64,000 bases of DNA from Candidatus Aenigmatarchaeota archaeon (GTDB lineage Archaea > Aenigmatarchaeota > Aenigmatarchaeia > CG10238-14 > SCSR01): assembly GCA_039090665.1 (NCBI GenBank), contig JAWCSL010000002.1, forward strand, positions 12,052-76,051, given 5' to 3'. Under the pieces are notes generated by a model, which saw nothing but the letters and a program-made list of their open reading frames with translations, was not told the DNA's origin and did not search any database. The position numbers and the translations under genes were made by a program. Below, one piece after another: positions 9,917 through 20,097 of the stretch. The number at the start of each line of letters is the position of its first letter. Position 1 is the first letter of the stretch.

Positions 9917-11389
9917 TTATTTTGTGAGGATGAATATCGAGTATTTTCCCAATATTTTATGAGGGAAATTATTTGCCAAGTAATTTTTAAATTCTTGGTC
10001 TAGTGGTTCTTCATTTTTTTCAATAAAAAATTTAGTGTTCTCTTTTTCAGCTATTTTTTTGAAAGTTTCAATATCTCTGGCATAATAGACTTTTCTTCTT
10101 TGTAAATAAAATTTTAGTTGAAAATTTTGTGGATGTTCACTAAAAGATATTATTAAATCTCCATGATTTTGAGCTAAAAAACTTATTAATTCTGAGACAT
10201 TCGAATTACCTTCATATATCTTTTTGATTGTTGGATATGAGTAATACAAAAAAGAAAACATAAGAATAAACAAAATTAAATAGAAAGCTTTTCTTTTCAA
10301 ACATCTTTCCAGAGTTTCAAAAAAAGAGGCTGTGGCTAAGAAAACACCAGGAAGAATGAAAAGTATTAAAAAATCATGAATCCAATATAAGTTACTGAAA
10401 ACAAAAAGATAAGACAAAAATGAAGCGAGAACTAGAAGAAACAAACCATCCCAAATGTAAAATGTTTTTTTGATAATTGTTCTGGCAACAAATATGAGTA
10501 ATACTGCAAATACCATAGGAGTATAGAAATATGAAATATCTCTATAAAGATGATTCAAAAGTTCAGCTAGGTTTATATTGTATTTCCAAGAAGCTTCGTT
10601 CAAGTTTGTTCTGAAAAGAAATATGAAATACAAATCAGATAATCCTTTAATTCCACTAACAAGCCAAATATGTAGAATATTGAGTGAAAAAGTTATAAAA
10701 GATAGCAAAATTAATATCAGTAAACAACTCTTTCTTTTCTCTTTCTTCTTAGGTTTATAGAGAACAAAATAATGAATTAAAATCACAGGAACTATGAAGT
10801 GCATGCTCCATTCAACAAAAGCTCCCAGAGAAAATGTAATGAATAAGAGATAAAGATATAAATACTTCTTATCTTTAAGCCAAAGAATATAAAAATACAA
10901 AGTTGCGAAAATGAAAAAAATAATTAGAGCATCAGGAGATATAAGGTTTCTCATATAGAAAAACATAGGAGAAAATACCAAGAAAAAACAAGTTATGAGC
11001 GCAATCTTTCTATTGAATGTGTTTTTAATTATAAGGTATAAAAATAAGATAGAACCAAAATTTGCAACAACTTGAACTATTTTTGCTGACCACTCACTAA
11101 TTCCAAATACGCGGAAACTTAAAGATAATAAAAATGCAGTACCTATTGGTCGATGAACATACACTTCATATGTTTCTTTTCCTGTTTCTAAACTACCAGT
11201 ATTCCAGAGCTGAGCAAGCTTTGTTTTCAAATAACCAAATTTAATGTAATTAACAGCATATTCACTGTATTGCCCTGTTATAAAACCAGGATGAGTATCG
11301 CTTAGTGGACTACCAATATCGAATAAAGAATAAGCGAGAAAAACAAAAATTAGCATCGAGAAAAATATGAGATAAGTGTTATTTTCCAT
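9917..11389 (-). CDS. membrane glycosyltransferase, family 39 / ArnT-like (dolichyl-phosphate-mannose protein mannosyltransferase family)
   Basis: Multi-TM N-terminal half with the conserved early loop, plus a C-terminal soluble part (490 aa). Confidence 0.45.
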   Translation of the reverse strand: MENNTYLIFFSMLIFVFLAYSLFDIGSPLSDTHPGFITGQYSEYAVNYIKFGYLKTKLAQLWNTGSLETGKETYEVYVHRPIGTAFLLSLSFRVFGISEWSAKIVQVVANFGSILFLYLIIKNTFNRKIALITCFFLVFSPMFFYMRNLISPDALIIFFIFATLYFYILWLKDKKYLYLYLLFITFSLGAFVEWSMHFIVPVILIHYFVLYKPKKKEKRKSCLLILILLSFITFSLNILHIWLVSGIKGLSDLYFIFLFRTNLNEASWKYNINLAELLNHLYRDISYFYTPMVFAVLLIFVARTIIKKTFYIWDGLFLLVLASFLSYLFVFSNLYWIHDFLILFILPGVFLATASFFETLERCLKRKAFYLILFILMFSFLYYSYPTIKKIYEGNSNVSELISFLAQNHGDLIISFSEHPQNFQLKFYLQRRKVYYARDIETFKKIAEKENTKFFIEKNEEPLDQEFKNYLANNFPHKILGKYSIFILTK

Positions 11390-11459
11390 TATTCCTGGTT
11401 TAGTTTTTCTTAAAAATAATTTTTATCTTTGTAACGCTTTTTCTTAAATAAGAGGTTTT

Positions 11460-12185
11460 ATGAAAAAACAATTTTCAATAATGATTCCAGTATACAATGA
11501 GGAAAAAATAATAGTTAAAAACACGAAAAAATTAATAAAATTTCTTGATAACCTGAATAAGCCATATGAAATACTTATATGTGATAATGGCTCAACAGAC
11601 AAAACAAAAATCTTGGGAAAAAAACTAGAGCTCCAATTTCCCGATAAAGTAAAATTTTTAACTATACCTGAAAGCAAGAGTGTAGGATTTGCTTTCAAAA
11701 AAATGGTAACTACAGCATCTTCCGATAAGTTAATTTCTTTAGATATGGACTTAACCATAGACTTTGAGAATTTTATCTTAAGGTGTTTAAAGTTACTTGA
11801 AGATAATAGTATGGTTATAGGCTCAAAAATAGCTACACAAAAAAGACCCCTCATAAGGAAGATGTTGAGTATTGTTGGCGTATTTCTAATAAGAATACTT
11901 TTGGATTTGGAATTTTCTGACTATTCAATTGGGGCAAAAGGATATAGAAAAAAGTATCTAATGGATAAATTGGATGTTATTGATAGATCTACATTTTATG
12001 TAATTAAATTGGTATTTTTCTTCAAGCAACAAGGCTTGAAGATAGTTGAAATTCCAGTTAAAGTTCATGATGTAAGAAAAAGTAGGTTCAATTTTTTCCA
12101 AGATGCAGTATATCGTTTTATAAACCTTTTAAATTTTTGGTTTCGAGAAAGAATAATGAAACCTGTCGTCAATATTCCAAGATAG
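11460..12185 (+). CDS. family 2 glycosyltransferase (dolichol-phosphate sugar synthase-like)
   Basis: MIPVYNEE...ICDNGSTDKT and a DxD region typical of GT2. Confidence 0.75.
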   Translation: MKKQFSIMIPVYNEEKIIVKNTKKLIKFLDNLNKPYEILICDNGSTDKTKILGKKLELQFPDKVKFLTIPESKSVGFAFKKMVTTASSDKLISLDMDLTIDFENFILRCLKLLEDNSMVIGSKIATQKRPLIRKMLSIVGVFLIRILLDLEFSDYSIGAKGYRKKYLMDKLDVIDRSTFYVIKLVFFFKQQGLKIVEIPVKVHDVRKSRFNFFQDAVYRFINLLNFWFRERIMKPVVNIPR

Positions 12186-14224
12186 CTCGAAATTTTCCCC
12201 AACAAATCTATTAAACTTTCACCATAATAGAGCCTCACATCTTTTTTATTAGGAATAACGAGCATGAAAGACGGAGATACCAAATAAACTTTTCTTGCTC
12301 CTTCAACTTTCCAGTTAGGATAATAAGAAATGCTAATTATGTGAGGTTTGCCAACACAATCTGTACTAAACTTTATCTCTTCAATATCTATCTCTTCTCT
12401 TATATTACATGAATTATTCAGAGGAACTTTTGGTATTTCTAAAAGTGAATTTGAAGACAAAGAAAATTCTGATTTATCGTCTGTAAAAACTAAAGGCACA
12501 TCAAGTAATTCTTCTCTCTTAAACCATTCATAAGCCACAACTTTCCAGTTTTTTCTCTCAAAAACCACTGGTTGATACTTTGGTACTGTTACATATTTGT
12601 TTGGATTTATATTCAATTTATATATTTCATAAGGTTCAAAAGTTGCCACATGTGTATATAACTCATTATTCCTAAGATCATTTTTTACACTATCTGTCCT
12701 AGCTATAATATACTCAACATTGAACATAGCCAAATGTTTTGCCGCTTTCGTTGAATTATAGCTAGTACAAGGAGACCATTGAGGATATGGACACGGTGCA
12801 GTTTCTGATATTTCTGTTTGGAAATAAAATATAAAAGGTGAAGAAATACTTGATTGCATATACAATCCTTCGTACGTTGATCTTCCTGAGAAAAGAGGTA
12901 AAGACTCAAAGGCTCGTGGTGAACCAGCCAAATCATGGAGGTTAGAATGTTCAAAAATAACTCTTGGATCTTTGTAAGATCCTCTTAAATATTCATTGAT
13001 ATCTCTGAAAACATTCCAAAGAGGCTTATTTTCAAATCCCTCATAATTCCATTTTATCCAAAAGTGAATGTAAGTCACATTTTTGTTTACCCAAACTATA
13101 TTGATGAGTAAAATCACAATTGTAACAATTGATATCAACCAGACTGTCCTAAATTTTCTTATTATTTCTCCAATAGCATACCCAGCTATCAAGGTTATAA
13201 GAAGTTGAATGAAAGGTAGAAATCTTATGTCAACAACACCCATTGCTGGAGATAAAAAATAAAACACACATGAAATGGAAATTGAGAATAAAAAGAAAAG
13301 AATTCTTTTATCCTTTTTTTTGATACCAATTATTATTCCTACACACGCTAAGAAAGCGAAAGGTAAAAGTATGTCTGGAAATATTTCTTTTCTTATATCA
13401 AAATAAATCCATTGGAAATTATAAGGTGTGGTATACTCCAGATTAAGGACAAATGGAACTAACCAGAAACCTATTAAAAGAAAAGCTAGCGCATAGACTT
13501 TAAAAAGATAAAATAAATTTTTGAATATTTTCTTTATTTTTTTGTTGATTAAAAAGAAAGCAGAAGATGCAATGGCGAATAATGTTGTGTAAATATGCGT
13601 GAAAGTTATAATGGCAAAAACAATCAAGTTTTTTATCAAGTTTTTTTGTTTATCTATACTAGAATAAAGTAAACCGAAAAACAACACTGTTAATGACAAA
13701 CTAAAGCTATAAGAAAATTCTCCCGCTAATGTGCTTGGTATGTTTCCTCCCCACATTGAGTTGCCTTCATTGAATAGAAAAGCTAGTGTGAAAATAGCAG
13801 CAATTATTGGTGTTGGAAATTTGAAGCCCATTAATTTCAAAGAAAAAAATGTTGTTAAAGGTAATAGAAATGTACCAAGAACAGTAACCAACTTAAAACT
13901 GATCTCCAGTGGAATTAAGTAACTCATCAAAACACTTACAATAAAAAGAAAAGGGAAATAAAATTGGAATAGTGGAAATCCTGCATACCACCCTGGACAC
14001 CAGCCAACTACTTTCAATTTTGGTAATAGATAGTGTTTTAGGAAATAGGCTGGATAGTAATGTGATGCTGTGTCTCCACCAGCTACTATTGTTTTCAAGA
14101 ATAAATATTCTGGCTTGAAATAGCTAGTTAAAAATAAAAATATGGAAAAAAGTATGAAAAAATTGACCAAATTTTCTATATTTTTTATTAGAAAAGATTT
14201 CATAAATTTTGGACTAAATTCCAT
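12065..14224 (-). CDS. large membrane protein (719 aa), possible divergent AglB/STT3-like oligosaccharyltransferase
   Basis: About 13 TM segments over 390 aa then a 300-aa soluble domain; GGDTASHYY near TM1 and WIKWNYEGF just after the last TM vaguely mimic AglB loop-1 and WWDYG motifs. Its 3' end overlaps the convergent GT2 gene by 120 nt. Confidence 0.35.
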   Translation of the reverse strand: MEFSPKFMKSFLIKNIENLVNFFILFSIFLFLTSYFKPEYLFLKTIVAGGDTASHYYPAYFLKHYLLPKLKVVGWCPGWYAGFPLFQFYFPFLFIVSVLMSYLIPLEISFKLVTVLGTFLLPLTTFFSLKLMGFKFPTPIIAAIFTLAFLFNEGNSMWGGNIPSTLAGEFSYSFSLSLTVLFFGLLYSSIDKQKNLIKNLIVFAIITFTHIYTTLFAIASSAFFLINKKIKKIFKNLFYLFKVYALAFLLIGFWLVPFVLNLEYTTPYNFQWIYFDIRKEIFPDILLPFAFLACVGIIIGIKKKDKRILFFLFSISISCVFYFLSPAMGVVDIRFLPFIQLLITLIAGYAIGEIIRKFRTVWLISIVTIVILLINIVWVNKNVTYIHFWIKWNYEGFENKPLWNVFRDINEYLRGSYKDPRVIFEHSNLHDLAGSPRAFESLPLFSGRSTYEGLYMQSSISSPFIFYFQTEISETAPCPYPQWSPCTSYNSTKAAKHLAMFNVEYIIARTDSVKNDLRNNELYTHVATFEPYEIYKLNINPNKYVTVPKYQPVVFERKNWKVVAYEWFKREELLDVPLVFTDDKSEFSLSSNSLLEIPKVPLNNSCNIREEIDIEEIKFSTDCVGKPHIISISYYPNWKVEGARKVYLVSPSFMLVIPNKKDVRLYYGESLIDLLGKISSYLGILTTGFIILSRNQKFKRFIKRYTASWKKLNLLFLTS

Positions 14225-14263
14225 AAAAATAATTTTCTCTTTAAAAAATTTTGTTTTCTCAGT

Positions 14264-15328
14264 TTACTCTGTTGGTTTATATGTTTTTATCACAACCCTC
14301 TTTCTACCTCTTATACCTCTTTTTCTGGTTAAAATCTTTATGAGACCAATATCCGCTAAATGCTTCAAGAAATCTCTAAATCTCCTTTCTCCTACAGGAC
14401 ATTCTATTCTTTTAGAGTAAATTAAATATAACTCATCTGTGAAAATTCTTGTTTTTTCATCTACAATCTGCAGAATTATTTTTTCATCCAGATTTAGTTT
14501 TTCTTTCAAGATTTCGGGTTTAATTGGTTTCACAGTTGAGAGCACCATCTTCATATGCAAAACTTTAACTTTCTTTTCCCCTTCTTTTTCTGCAAATCTT
14601 CCAGCTCTAAGTAAGCATTCCAAACCAACTCTCACATCTCCACCATTTTGAACAGCGTGATTTGCTGCCAATAAAACAACACCACTTTCAAAAGAGAAAA
14701 ATGCAACCTTTGCTCTTTCTTCAAGTATATCTTTCATTTCCAGTAGTGAGTAAGGTTTAAATTCCATTTCTTCTATGTTTAAACTACTTCTAACTCTTGG
14801 GTCCACATTAACAAAAACAAAAGGGTTGTTAGAAATAAAAACTAGACCAACAGGAAGTTTCAAATACTGATTTAACCTTACTAAATCATATAGTGCCGAT
14901 TTATCATGAAAAACAAGCTGATCAACTTCATCCAAACAAATTATCAACCCTTTATCAAGTTTGTTGCAAACTTCTATTGCTCTTTCCAAAATTTCATCTT
15001 TGCTCATTCCTCTTCTTTGAACAAAACCACCAAGCTCCAAAGAAATCTTACTCAATATTGCAACAATTGTCTTATAATCCCAGCAATTTATATAAACTGT
15101 TTTTATTCCAGAATAATTTTCAAACTCACGAAAAACAAATTTTGCCGAAGCCGTCTTGCCTGTGCCCGGTGGTCCAAATATGAAAGTGTTTTGGGGAATT
15201 CTTTTATTTGCAGCAGGAAGTAAATTTTCAGCCAAATGCCTAACTTGCTCTTCTCTATGTGGTAAAGTCTCTGGTAAATACTCTGGCGATAAAACTTCTT
15301 CATTTTTAAAAACTTTAGACTCAATCAT
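14264..15328 (-). CDS. cdc6: Orc1/Cdc6 replication initiator
   Basis: AAA+ Walker A FIFGPPGTGKTASAKFV, Walker B CLDEVD, C-terminal winged helix. Confidence 0.9.
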   Translation of the reverse strand: MIESKVFKNEEVLSPEYLPETLPHREEQVRHLAENLLPAANKRIPQNTFIFGPPGTGKTASAKFVFREFENYSGIKTVYINCWDYKTIVAILSKISLELGGFVQRRGMSKDEILERAIEVCNKLDKGLIICLDEVDQLVFHDKSALYDLVRLNQYLKLPVGLVFISNNPFVFVNVDPRVRSSLNIEEMEFKPYSLLEMKDILEERAKVAFFSFESGVVLLAANHAVQNGGDVRVGLECLLRAGRFAEKEGEKKVKVLHMKMVLSTVKPIKPEILKEKLNLDEKIILQIVDEKTRIFTDELYLIYSKRIECPVGERRFRDFLKHLADIGLIKILTRKRGIRGRKRVVIKTYKPTE

Positions 15329-16032
15329 TCTACAATAATAGTTATCCTACGATTATTTTTACCTTTGTTTTCCCTCTTAACTATCTTAATCCTTCCAATT
15401 TCTTTTGTATTAGCAACATGAGTGCCCCCATCAAGTTGAGCATCTATATCACCAATTTCCACAACTCTCAAAATTTTAAACTGTTGATAATGTGATTTAT
15501 CTGCCAATCTCATGAGTCTTGGGTTAGATTCGAGCTCTTCTTTAGAAATTATTCTTGAGTTTATTGGTAAGCCAAGAGAAACAATTTCATTTGCTTTTTC
15601 TTCTATTTTTCTTGCAATTTCTTCATCAAGTTTTTCCAGGTTAAAATCCATTCTTGCTCTATCCGGATAAATTTGGCTTCCCGTGAAAAGAATATCACCA
15701 AAATTTTTCACCAAAGCTGCAGAAATGACATGAGCAGCAGAATGTAGCCTCATGATGTTATACCTTCTTTCCCAATCTATTTTTCCATGAACTATGTCAC
15801 CAACTTTAAAATCAGGCTCTTTCTCAAGCACATGAATTATATTTTCTTCCTCATCTTTTACCACATCAACAACTTTTATTCCATTTATTTCTCCCGTATC
15901 ATTTATTTGTCCTCCACTTGTTGCATAGAAGCAAGTTTGATCGAGAATAACTTTATTTCCATCTATAGCCAAAACTTTAGCATCAAATTCTTTTTGATAT
16001 GCATTTTCCCAAAAAAGCTTTCTTGTAGCCAT
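15325..16032 (-). CDS. alaX: alanyl-tRNA editing protein AlaX-M
   Basis: HSAAHVISAAL (HxxxH) and GGTHVANTKEIG (CxxxH-like zinc site) of the AlaRS editing domain; 235 aa. Confidence 0.8.
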   Translation of the reverse strand: MATRKLFWENAYQKEFDAKVLAIDGNKVILDQTCFYATSGGQINDTGEINGIKVVDVVKDEEENIIHVLEKEPDFKVGDIVHGKIDWERRYNIMRLHSAAHVISAALVKNFGDILFTGSQIYPDRARMDFNLEKLDEEIARKIEEKANEIVSLGLPINSRIISKEELESNPRLMRLADKSHYQQFKILRVVEIGDIDAQLDGGTHVANTKEIGRIKIVKRENKGKNNRRITIIVE

Positions 16033-16033
16033 T

Positions 16034-17629
16034 CTATCTTATAGCTTCTTTTAGTTTTTTCAATATTTCTTCTTTCCCCCTTTCAATAATGTAAAACCCA
16101 AGCTTTGGGCCACTTTCAGAGTTTAAAATTATCTTGTAAAGAAGCTTAAAGAAATTTGGTATTTTTATGTCAAACTTCCTTGCAATTTCAAAAATATTCT
16201 TTTGAATTTCTTCTCCACTTTCTTCCCTTTCAACAATCTTAATAAGTTCAGCAATCGCTGCTTTTTCTTTTTCCCCAATTTTAACTTCGACTTCTTCTTT
16301 TATCTTACCAAAATCTTCATACCATCTTTTAGCAAATTCTATTCTTTTAGCAACTTCTTCTTTTATTTTTCCATTTTCTTCTTTCAACCTTCTATATTCT
16401 TTCAACTTTCTCACAGCAAACTCAACTTGATCTTTTTCAGGCAAAATTTTCACTATTTCAACCATAACTTCAAATGGTACATAAACAGAAGAAGCCTCTT
16501 TTGGTTTAACAACCGCAAGTTCATAAGCTCTTTTGAAATTGTTATCTTTCCTCTCATTTCCAGAACTTTGTAGACCAAAATATATCCTTTCAGCTTTATC
16601 AAATTCATTCCAAATCGATGGAACCATTTGTTTTAAGTTTATGTCTTTTGCTATTGTTAACCTTCCTTGAAACATCCAGTACCTCAAATGCTCAGGCTTC
16701 ATATATTTCAACATATCAGGCACGGTTATAACATTCCCCAAGGATTTAGACATCTTTTGCCCATTCACAAGAAAATGTTCATAAACTAATGGATAAGGAG
16801 GCTTCCATCCTAGAATCTTTACGATTTCTTTTCCAGTATCCCAGCTTCCACCTGCAGCAGCATGCTCTTTTCCAAAAGGCTCACAAGTTGTTTTCAAAAT
16901 AACCCAACGGGCTGGCCACTCGACACGCCAAGTAAGCTTAGCTTTACCATTTAATATTGATGTTTTACCTTTATAGCCACATCCATTAACTTCATATTTT
17001 TTCTTTAGTAAAGTAGCTTCTTCCACACACTCATATTCAACACTAGCCTTCTTTTCTTCATATTTCAAAATTCTTGTGGTGCTTATTTTTCCACATTTTT
17101 CACATATTACATCTACCGGATACCAGTCTTCTGGTAGAGGAGTTGTCCTAAAATTGTTTAGAATTTTAACGATTTTTTCCCTTTTTTTCATAGCAAGTTT
17201 AATGAGATTGTTATACATCCCTTTTTTATACATCTCAATTCCTTTCAAAATCTTAGGTTCAATTAACAAAGTTTTCAATTGTTGAATGAACTTCTCTTCA
17301 AAATGTTCTGCAAAGTTTTTGTGACAACTCCAGAAATCTGGGATAAAACAAACAGGCACACCAAGATAATTTACAAGTTCTTTCGGCAAATCTTTGGGCA
17401 CAGACCTTAGAGGATCCATATCATCAGAAACCCAAACCAATTCAGCAGACACTTTCATTCTCTTAAGGGCAAGATAAACCGCATGTCCTCTCACAACATC
17501 ATTCGCACTGCCTATATGTGGCTCGCCAGACATGCTAGTACCAGTTGTTATAACTTGCTTCTTCACTTTCCATTTTTTTACAAGCTCTTTGGCCACTTGA
17601 TCTGGCCAGAACTCGTATTCTTTTTCCAT
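16034..17629 (-). CDS. lysK: class I lysyl-tRNA synthetase
   Basis: PHIGSANDV (HIGH-like) and KMSKSLGNV motifs; 531 aa. Confidence 0.85.
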   Translation of the reverse strand: MEKEYEFWPDQVAKELVKKWKVKKQVITTGTSMSGEPHIGSANDVVRGHAVYLALKRMKVSAELVWVSDDMDPLRSVPKDLPKELVNYLGVPVCFIPDFWSCHKNFAEHFEEKFIQQLKTLLIEPKILKGIEMYKKGMYNNLIKLAMKKREKIVKILNNFRTTPLPEDWYPVDVICEKCGKISTTRILKYEEKKASVEYECVEEATLLKKKYEVNGCGYKGKTSILNGKAKLTWRVEWPARWVILKTTCEPFGKEHAAAGGSWDTGKEIVKILGWKPPYPLVYEHFLVNGQKMSKSLGNVITVPDMLKYMKPEHLRYWMFQGRLTIAKDINLKQMVPSIWNEFDKAERIYFGLQSSGNERKDNNFKRAYELAVVKPKEASSVYVPFEVMVEIVKILPEKDQVEFAVRKLKEYRRLKEENGKIKEEVAKRIEFAKRWYEDFGKIKEEVEVKIGEKEKAAIAELIKIVEREESGEEIQKNIFEIARKFDIKIPNFFKLLYKIILNSESGPKLGFYIIERGKEEILKKLKEAIR

Positions 17630-17660
17630 ATTTTCAAATATTGGATTAAAGAAATAAAAA

Positions 17661-17780
17661 TGGGCCCGGAGGGATTTGAACCCTCGACCCTCCGCTTTCT
17701 TCTATTAGGAGCACTCCCATATAAGGCGGATGCTCCACCAGGCTAAGCTTCCCTCTACCAGTTAAGGCAGATACGGGCCC
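17661..17780 (-). tRNA. intron-containing tRNA, 120 nt; probably two introns; anticodon possibly UAU (Ile)
   Basis: Perfect acceptor pairing GGGCCCG/CGGGCCC+A, T-arm GAGGG-TTCAAAT-CCCTC, anticodon stem TCCGC/GCGGA enclosing 30 nt (CTTATA|23-nt intron|A), and about 23 extra nt between the acceptor and D-stem. Confidence 0.6.
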
Positions 17781-17856
17781 AGCCTAGATTTTCCGGGCCC
17801 ATTATCCATGTATATTTTAAATTTCATTTTCCTTCCTTTATATCTTAAACCTTAAA

Positions 17857-17926
17857 CATTATAAATAGCAAAAACCTTAAATACTTACAGATAATATAAA
17901 AATTAGTCCATTCTTTGTTTGAGGTG
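17857..17926 (+). promoter_or_regulatory. putative archaeal promoter (TATA-like ttataaat) and SD-like gaggtg upstream of the thermosome gene
   Basis: An AT-rich TATA-like box about 70 nt upstream of the ATG and gaggtg 7 nt before the ATG. Confidence 0.3.
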
Positions 17927-17932
17927 TTAAAT

Positions 17933-19579
17933 ATGACAAATGGAAAGGCTATACTTGGAAGTTTAGGCGGGCAGCCAATACTGATATTGCCAGAAGGAAC
18001 TATTCGTTCCACAGGAAAAGATGCCCAAAAGAACAATATAGCTGCAGCTAAAGCTGTTGCAGATGCAGTCAAAACTACTTTAGGTCCAAAAGGAATGGAT
18101 AAGATGCTCGTAGATTCAATAGGTGACATAGTGATTACAAATGATGGTGTAACAATCCTTGAAGAAATGGATGTGGAGCATCCAGCAGCTAAAATGATGG
18201 TAGAAGTTGCAAAAACTCAGAATGAAGAAGTTGGTGATGGTACAACAACTTCAGTGGTTATTGCAGGTGAGCTTTTGAAGAAAGCTGAAGAGCTTCTTGA
18301 TCAAGATATACATCCCACAATTATCACAAGAGGCTTCAAGATTGCAAAAGATGAAGCCTTAAAAATACTGGAAGAAATAGCAAAGCCAATAGACATAAAT
18401 GACACTGAAACTTTGATGAAAATAGCAATGACTTCAATGTCAGGAAAAAGTGTAGAAAAAGCTTCCCCGAAATTGGCTGAAATAGTTATAGAAGCGGTGA
18501 GAAAAGTAGCAAAGAAAGTCAACGGTAAAATTGAAATTGATACAGATGACATAAGCAGAGTTAAAAAACATGGGGGTTCAGCAGAAGAGACAGAACTAAT
18601 AGAAGGAATAATTATCGATAAAGAAGTTGTACACCCAGCAATGCCAAAGAGAGTTGAAAATGCGAGAATTGCTTTGCTAGATGTTGCTCTTGAAGTCAAA
18701 GAACCAGAAACAGATGCAGAAATAAGGATAACTTCTCCAGAACAGATGCAAGCTTTTCTAGAACAAGAGCAGAGAATGCTTAAAGCTATGGTAGATAAAA
18801 TAGTTAGAGTTAACGCAAATGTAGTGCTTTGTCAAAAAGGAATAGATGATGTTGCTCAGCATTACCTCGCTAAGAAAGGAATTCTTGCTTGCAGAAGAGT
18901 CAAACAGTCTGACATGGAAAAACTAGCAAAGGCGACTGGCGGTAAAATAATTTCAAATCTCGACGACTTAACACCAGAAGACTTAGGTTTTGCAAAATTG
19001 GTTGAAGAAAAGAAAATAGCAGGGGAAGCCATGACTTTTGTTAGGGGATGTAAAGATCCAAAAGCAGTGAGCATTTTGGTGAGGGGAAGCACAGAGCATG
19101 TAGTGGATGAAATTGATAGGAGCATAGAAGATGCTATAGGTGCAGTTGCTTCCGCTCTTGAAATTGGAAAAATTGTTGCAGGAGCAGGTTCGGCAGAAGC
19201 AGAAATTGCAAAGAGGCTGAGAAAATTTGCTGAGAAATTCTCAGGAAGAGAACAGTTAGCAATTCTTGCTTTTGCAGATGCTATGGAAGTAATTCCAAGA
19301 ACTTTGGCAGAGAATGGTGGTTTAGACCCAATTGACACTTTAGTTGAACTTAGGGCTGCTCATGAGCAAGGAAAAGTAAGCTATGGAATAAACTTATATG
19401 AAGGAAAAGTAGCAGATGCTTTCGAAATGGGAGTGATAGAACCATTGAAAGTTAAAACACAAGCAATAAAATCAGCAGCAGAAGCAGCAGAGATGATATT
19501 GAGAATAGATGATGTGATTGCAGCAAGTAAGCTAGAAAAAAGCACATCAACACCACCTTCTACTGAGAGTGAAGAGTAA
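17933..19579 (+). CDS. ths: thermosome (group II chaperonin) subunit
   Basis: [26 protein letters not shown] motifs; the tracked ORF starts at 17915 but MTNGK at 17933 is the likely start. Confidence 0.9.
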   Translation: MTNGKAILGSLGGQPILILPEGTIRSTGKDAQKNNIAAAKAVADAVKTTLGPKGMDKMLVDSIGDIVITNDGVTILEEMDVEHPAAKMMVEVAKTQNEEVGDGTTTSVVIAGELLKKAEELLDQDIHPTIITRGFKIAKDEALKILEEIAKPIDINDTETLMKIAMTSMSGKSVEKASPKLAEIVIEAVRKVAKKVNGKIEIDTDDISRVKKHGGSAEETELIEGIIIDKEVVHPAMPKRVENARIALLDVALEVKEPETDAEIRITSPEQMQAFLEQEQRMLKAMVDKIVRVNANVVLCQKGIDDVAQHYLAKKGILACRRVKQSDMEKLAKATGGKIISNLDDLTPEDLGFAKLVEEKKIAGEAMTFVRGCKDPKAVSILVRGSTEHVVDEIDRSIEDAIGAVASALEIGKIVAGAGSAEAEIAKRLRKFAEKFSGREQLAILAFADAMEVIPRTLAENGGLDPIDTLVELRAAHEQGKVSYGINLYEGKVADAFEMGVIEPLKVKTQAIKSAAEAAEMILRIDDVIAASKLEKSTSTPPSTESEE

Positions 19580-19613
19580 AAAGCTTTTATTTTCTCTTTT
19601 TTTAATTAATATT

Positions 19614-20093
19614 ATGTCAGACAAAGACCAAAAAGAAGAATATGAAGTAATACCTCTTTCTCCTTTGAGAAGATTAGAGAAAAGGATTGAGAAGCTTGAA
19701 GCTGTTTCACCAGCAGTTGATGTTAAAGAGATATTTAAAGAAGTGGTTGATGTTTTAAGAATGAATCAACAAATAGTTACTGAGATTTCAAAAGCTAATG
19801 ATGCTTTGCGTCTTGAAATTTCGAAATTAACTATTAGGTTAGAAGAAACAACTAACAAGCTCAACGAGCTTTTGTCCTTTGTAAAAGCAGCGGCAACTGA
19901 AGAAAGCTTTAGTTCTGAAGGAGAAATAGCGAAACGCTTGACTGAAAAAATAAATGAGCTCATAGAGACAAACAAAAAGATAGTACAAAACAATGAGACG
20001 ATGATTGCAATTTTGGAAGAAATAGAAAGAAAGTTAGGTAGACCGCCGGTTCCTTTACAAATTAAAAAACCTTTAATACCACCAAGAATGTGA
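19614..20093 (+). CDS. coiled-coil protein preceding pilus locus 1
   Basis: MSDKDQ... heptad-rich sequence; ends 4 nt before the first pilin gene. Confidence 0.45.
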   Translation: MSDKDQKEEYEVIPLSPLRRLEKRIEKLEAVSPAVDVKEIFKEVVDVLRMNQQIVTEISKANDALRLEISKLTIRLEETTNKLNELLSFVKAAATEESFSSEGEIAKRLTEKINELIETNKKIVQNNETMIAILEEIERKLGRPPVPLQIKKPLIPPRM

Positions 20094-20097
20094 TTCC

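Noticed and set aside
16202-16573. Plus-strand 123-aa Phe-rich ORF.
   Set aside because: Lies wholly inside lysK on the opposite strand.
17774-17802. Direct repeats of cgggccca near the tRNA 5' flank; possible ORB, origin or att-like element.
   Set aside because: GGGCCC is self-complementary and is simply the tRNA acceptor sequence plus one nearby copy. No longer repeat and no integrase adjacent.
18301-19338. Minus-strand ORFs of 132 and 158 aa, Ser/Ala/Ile-rich.
   Set aside because: Antisense shadows inside the highly conserved thermosome gene.
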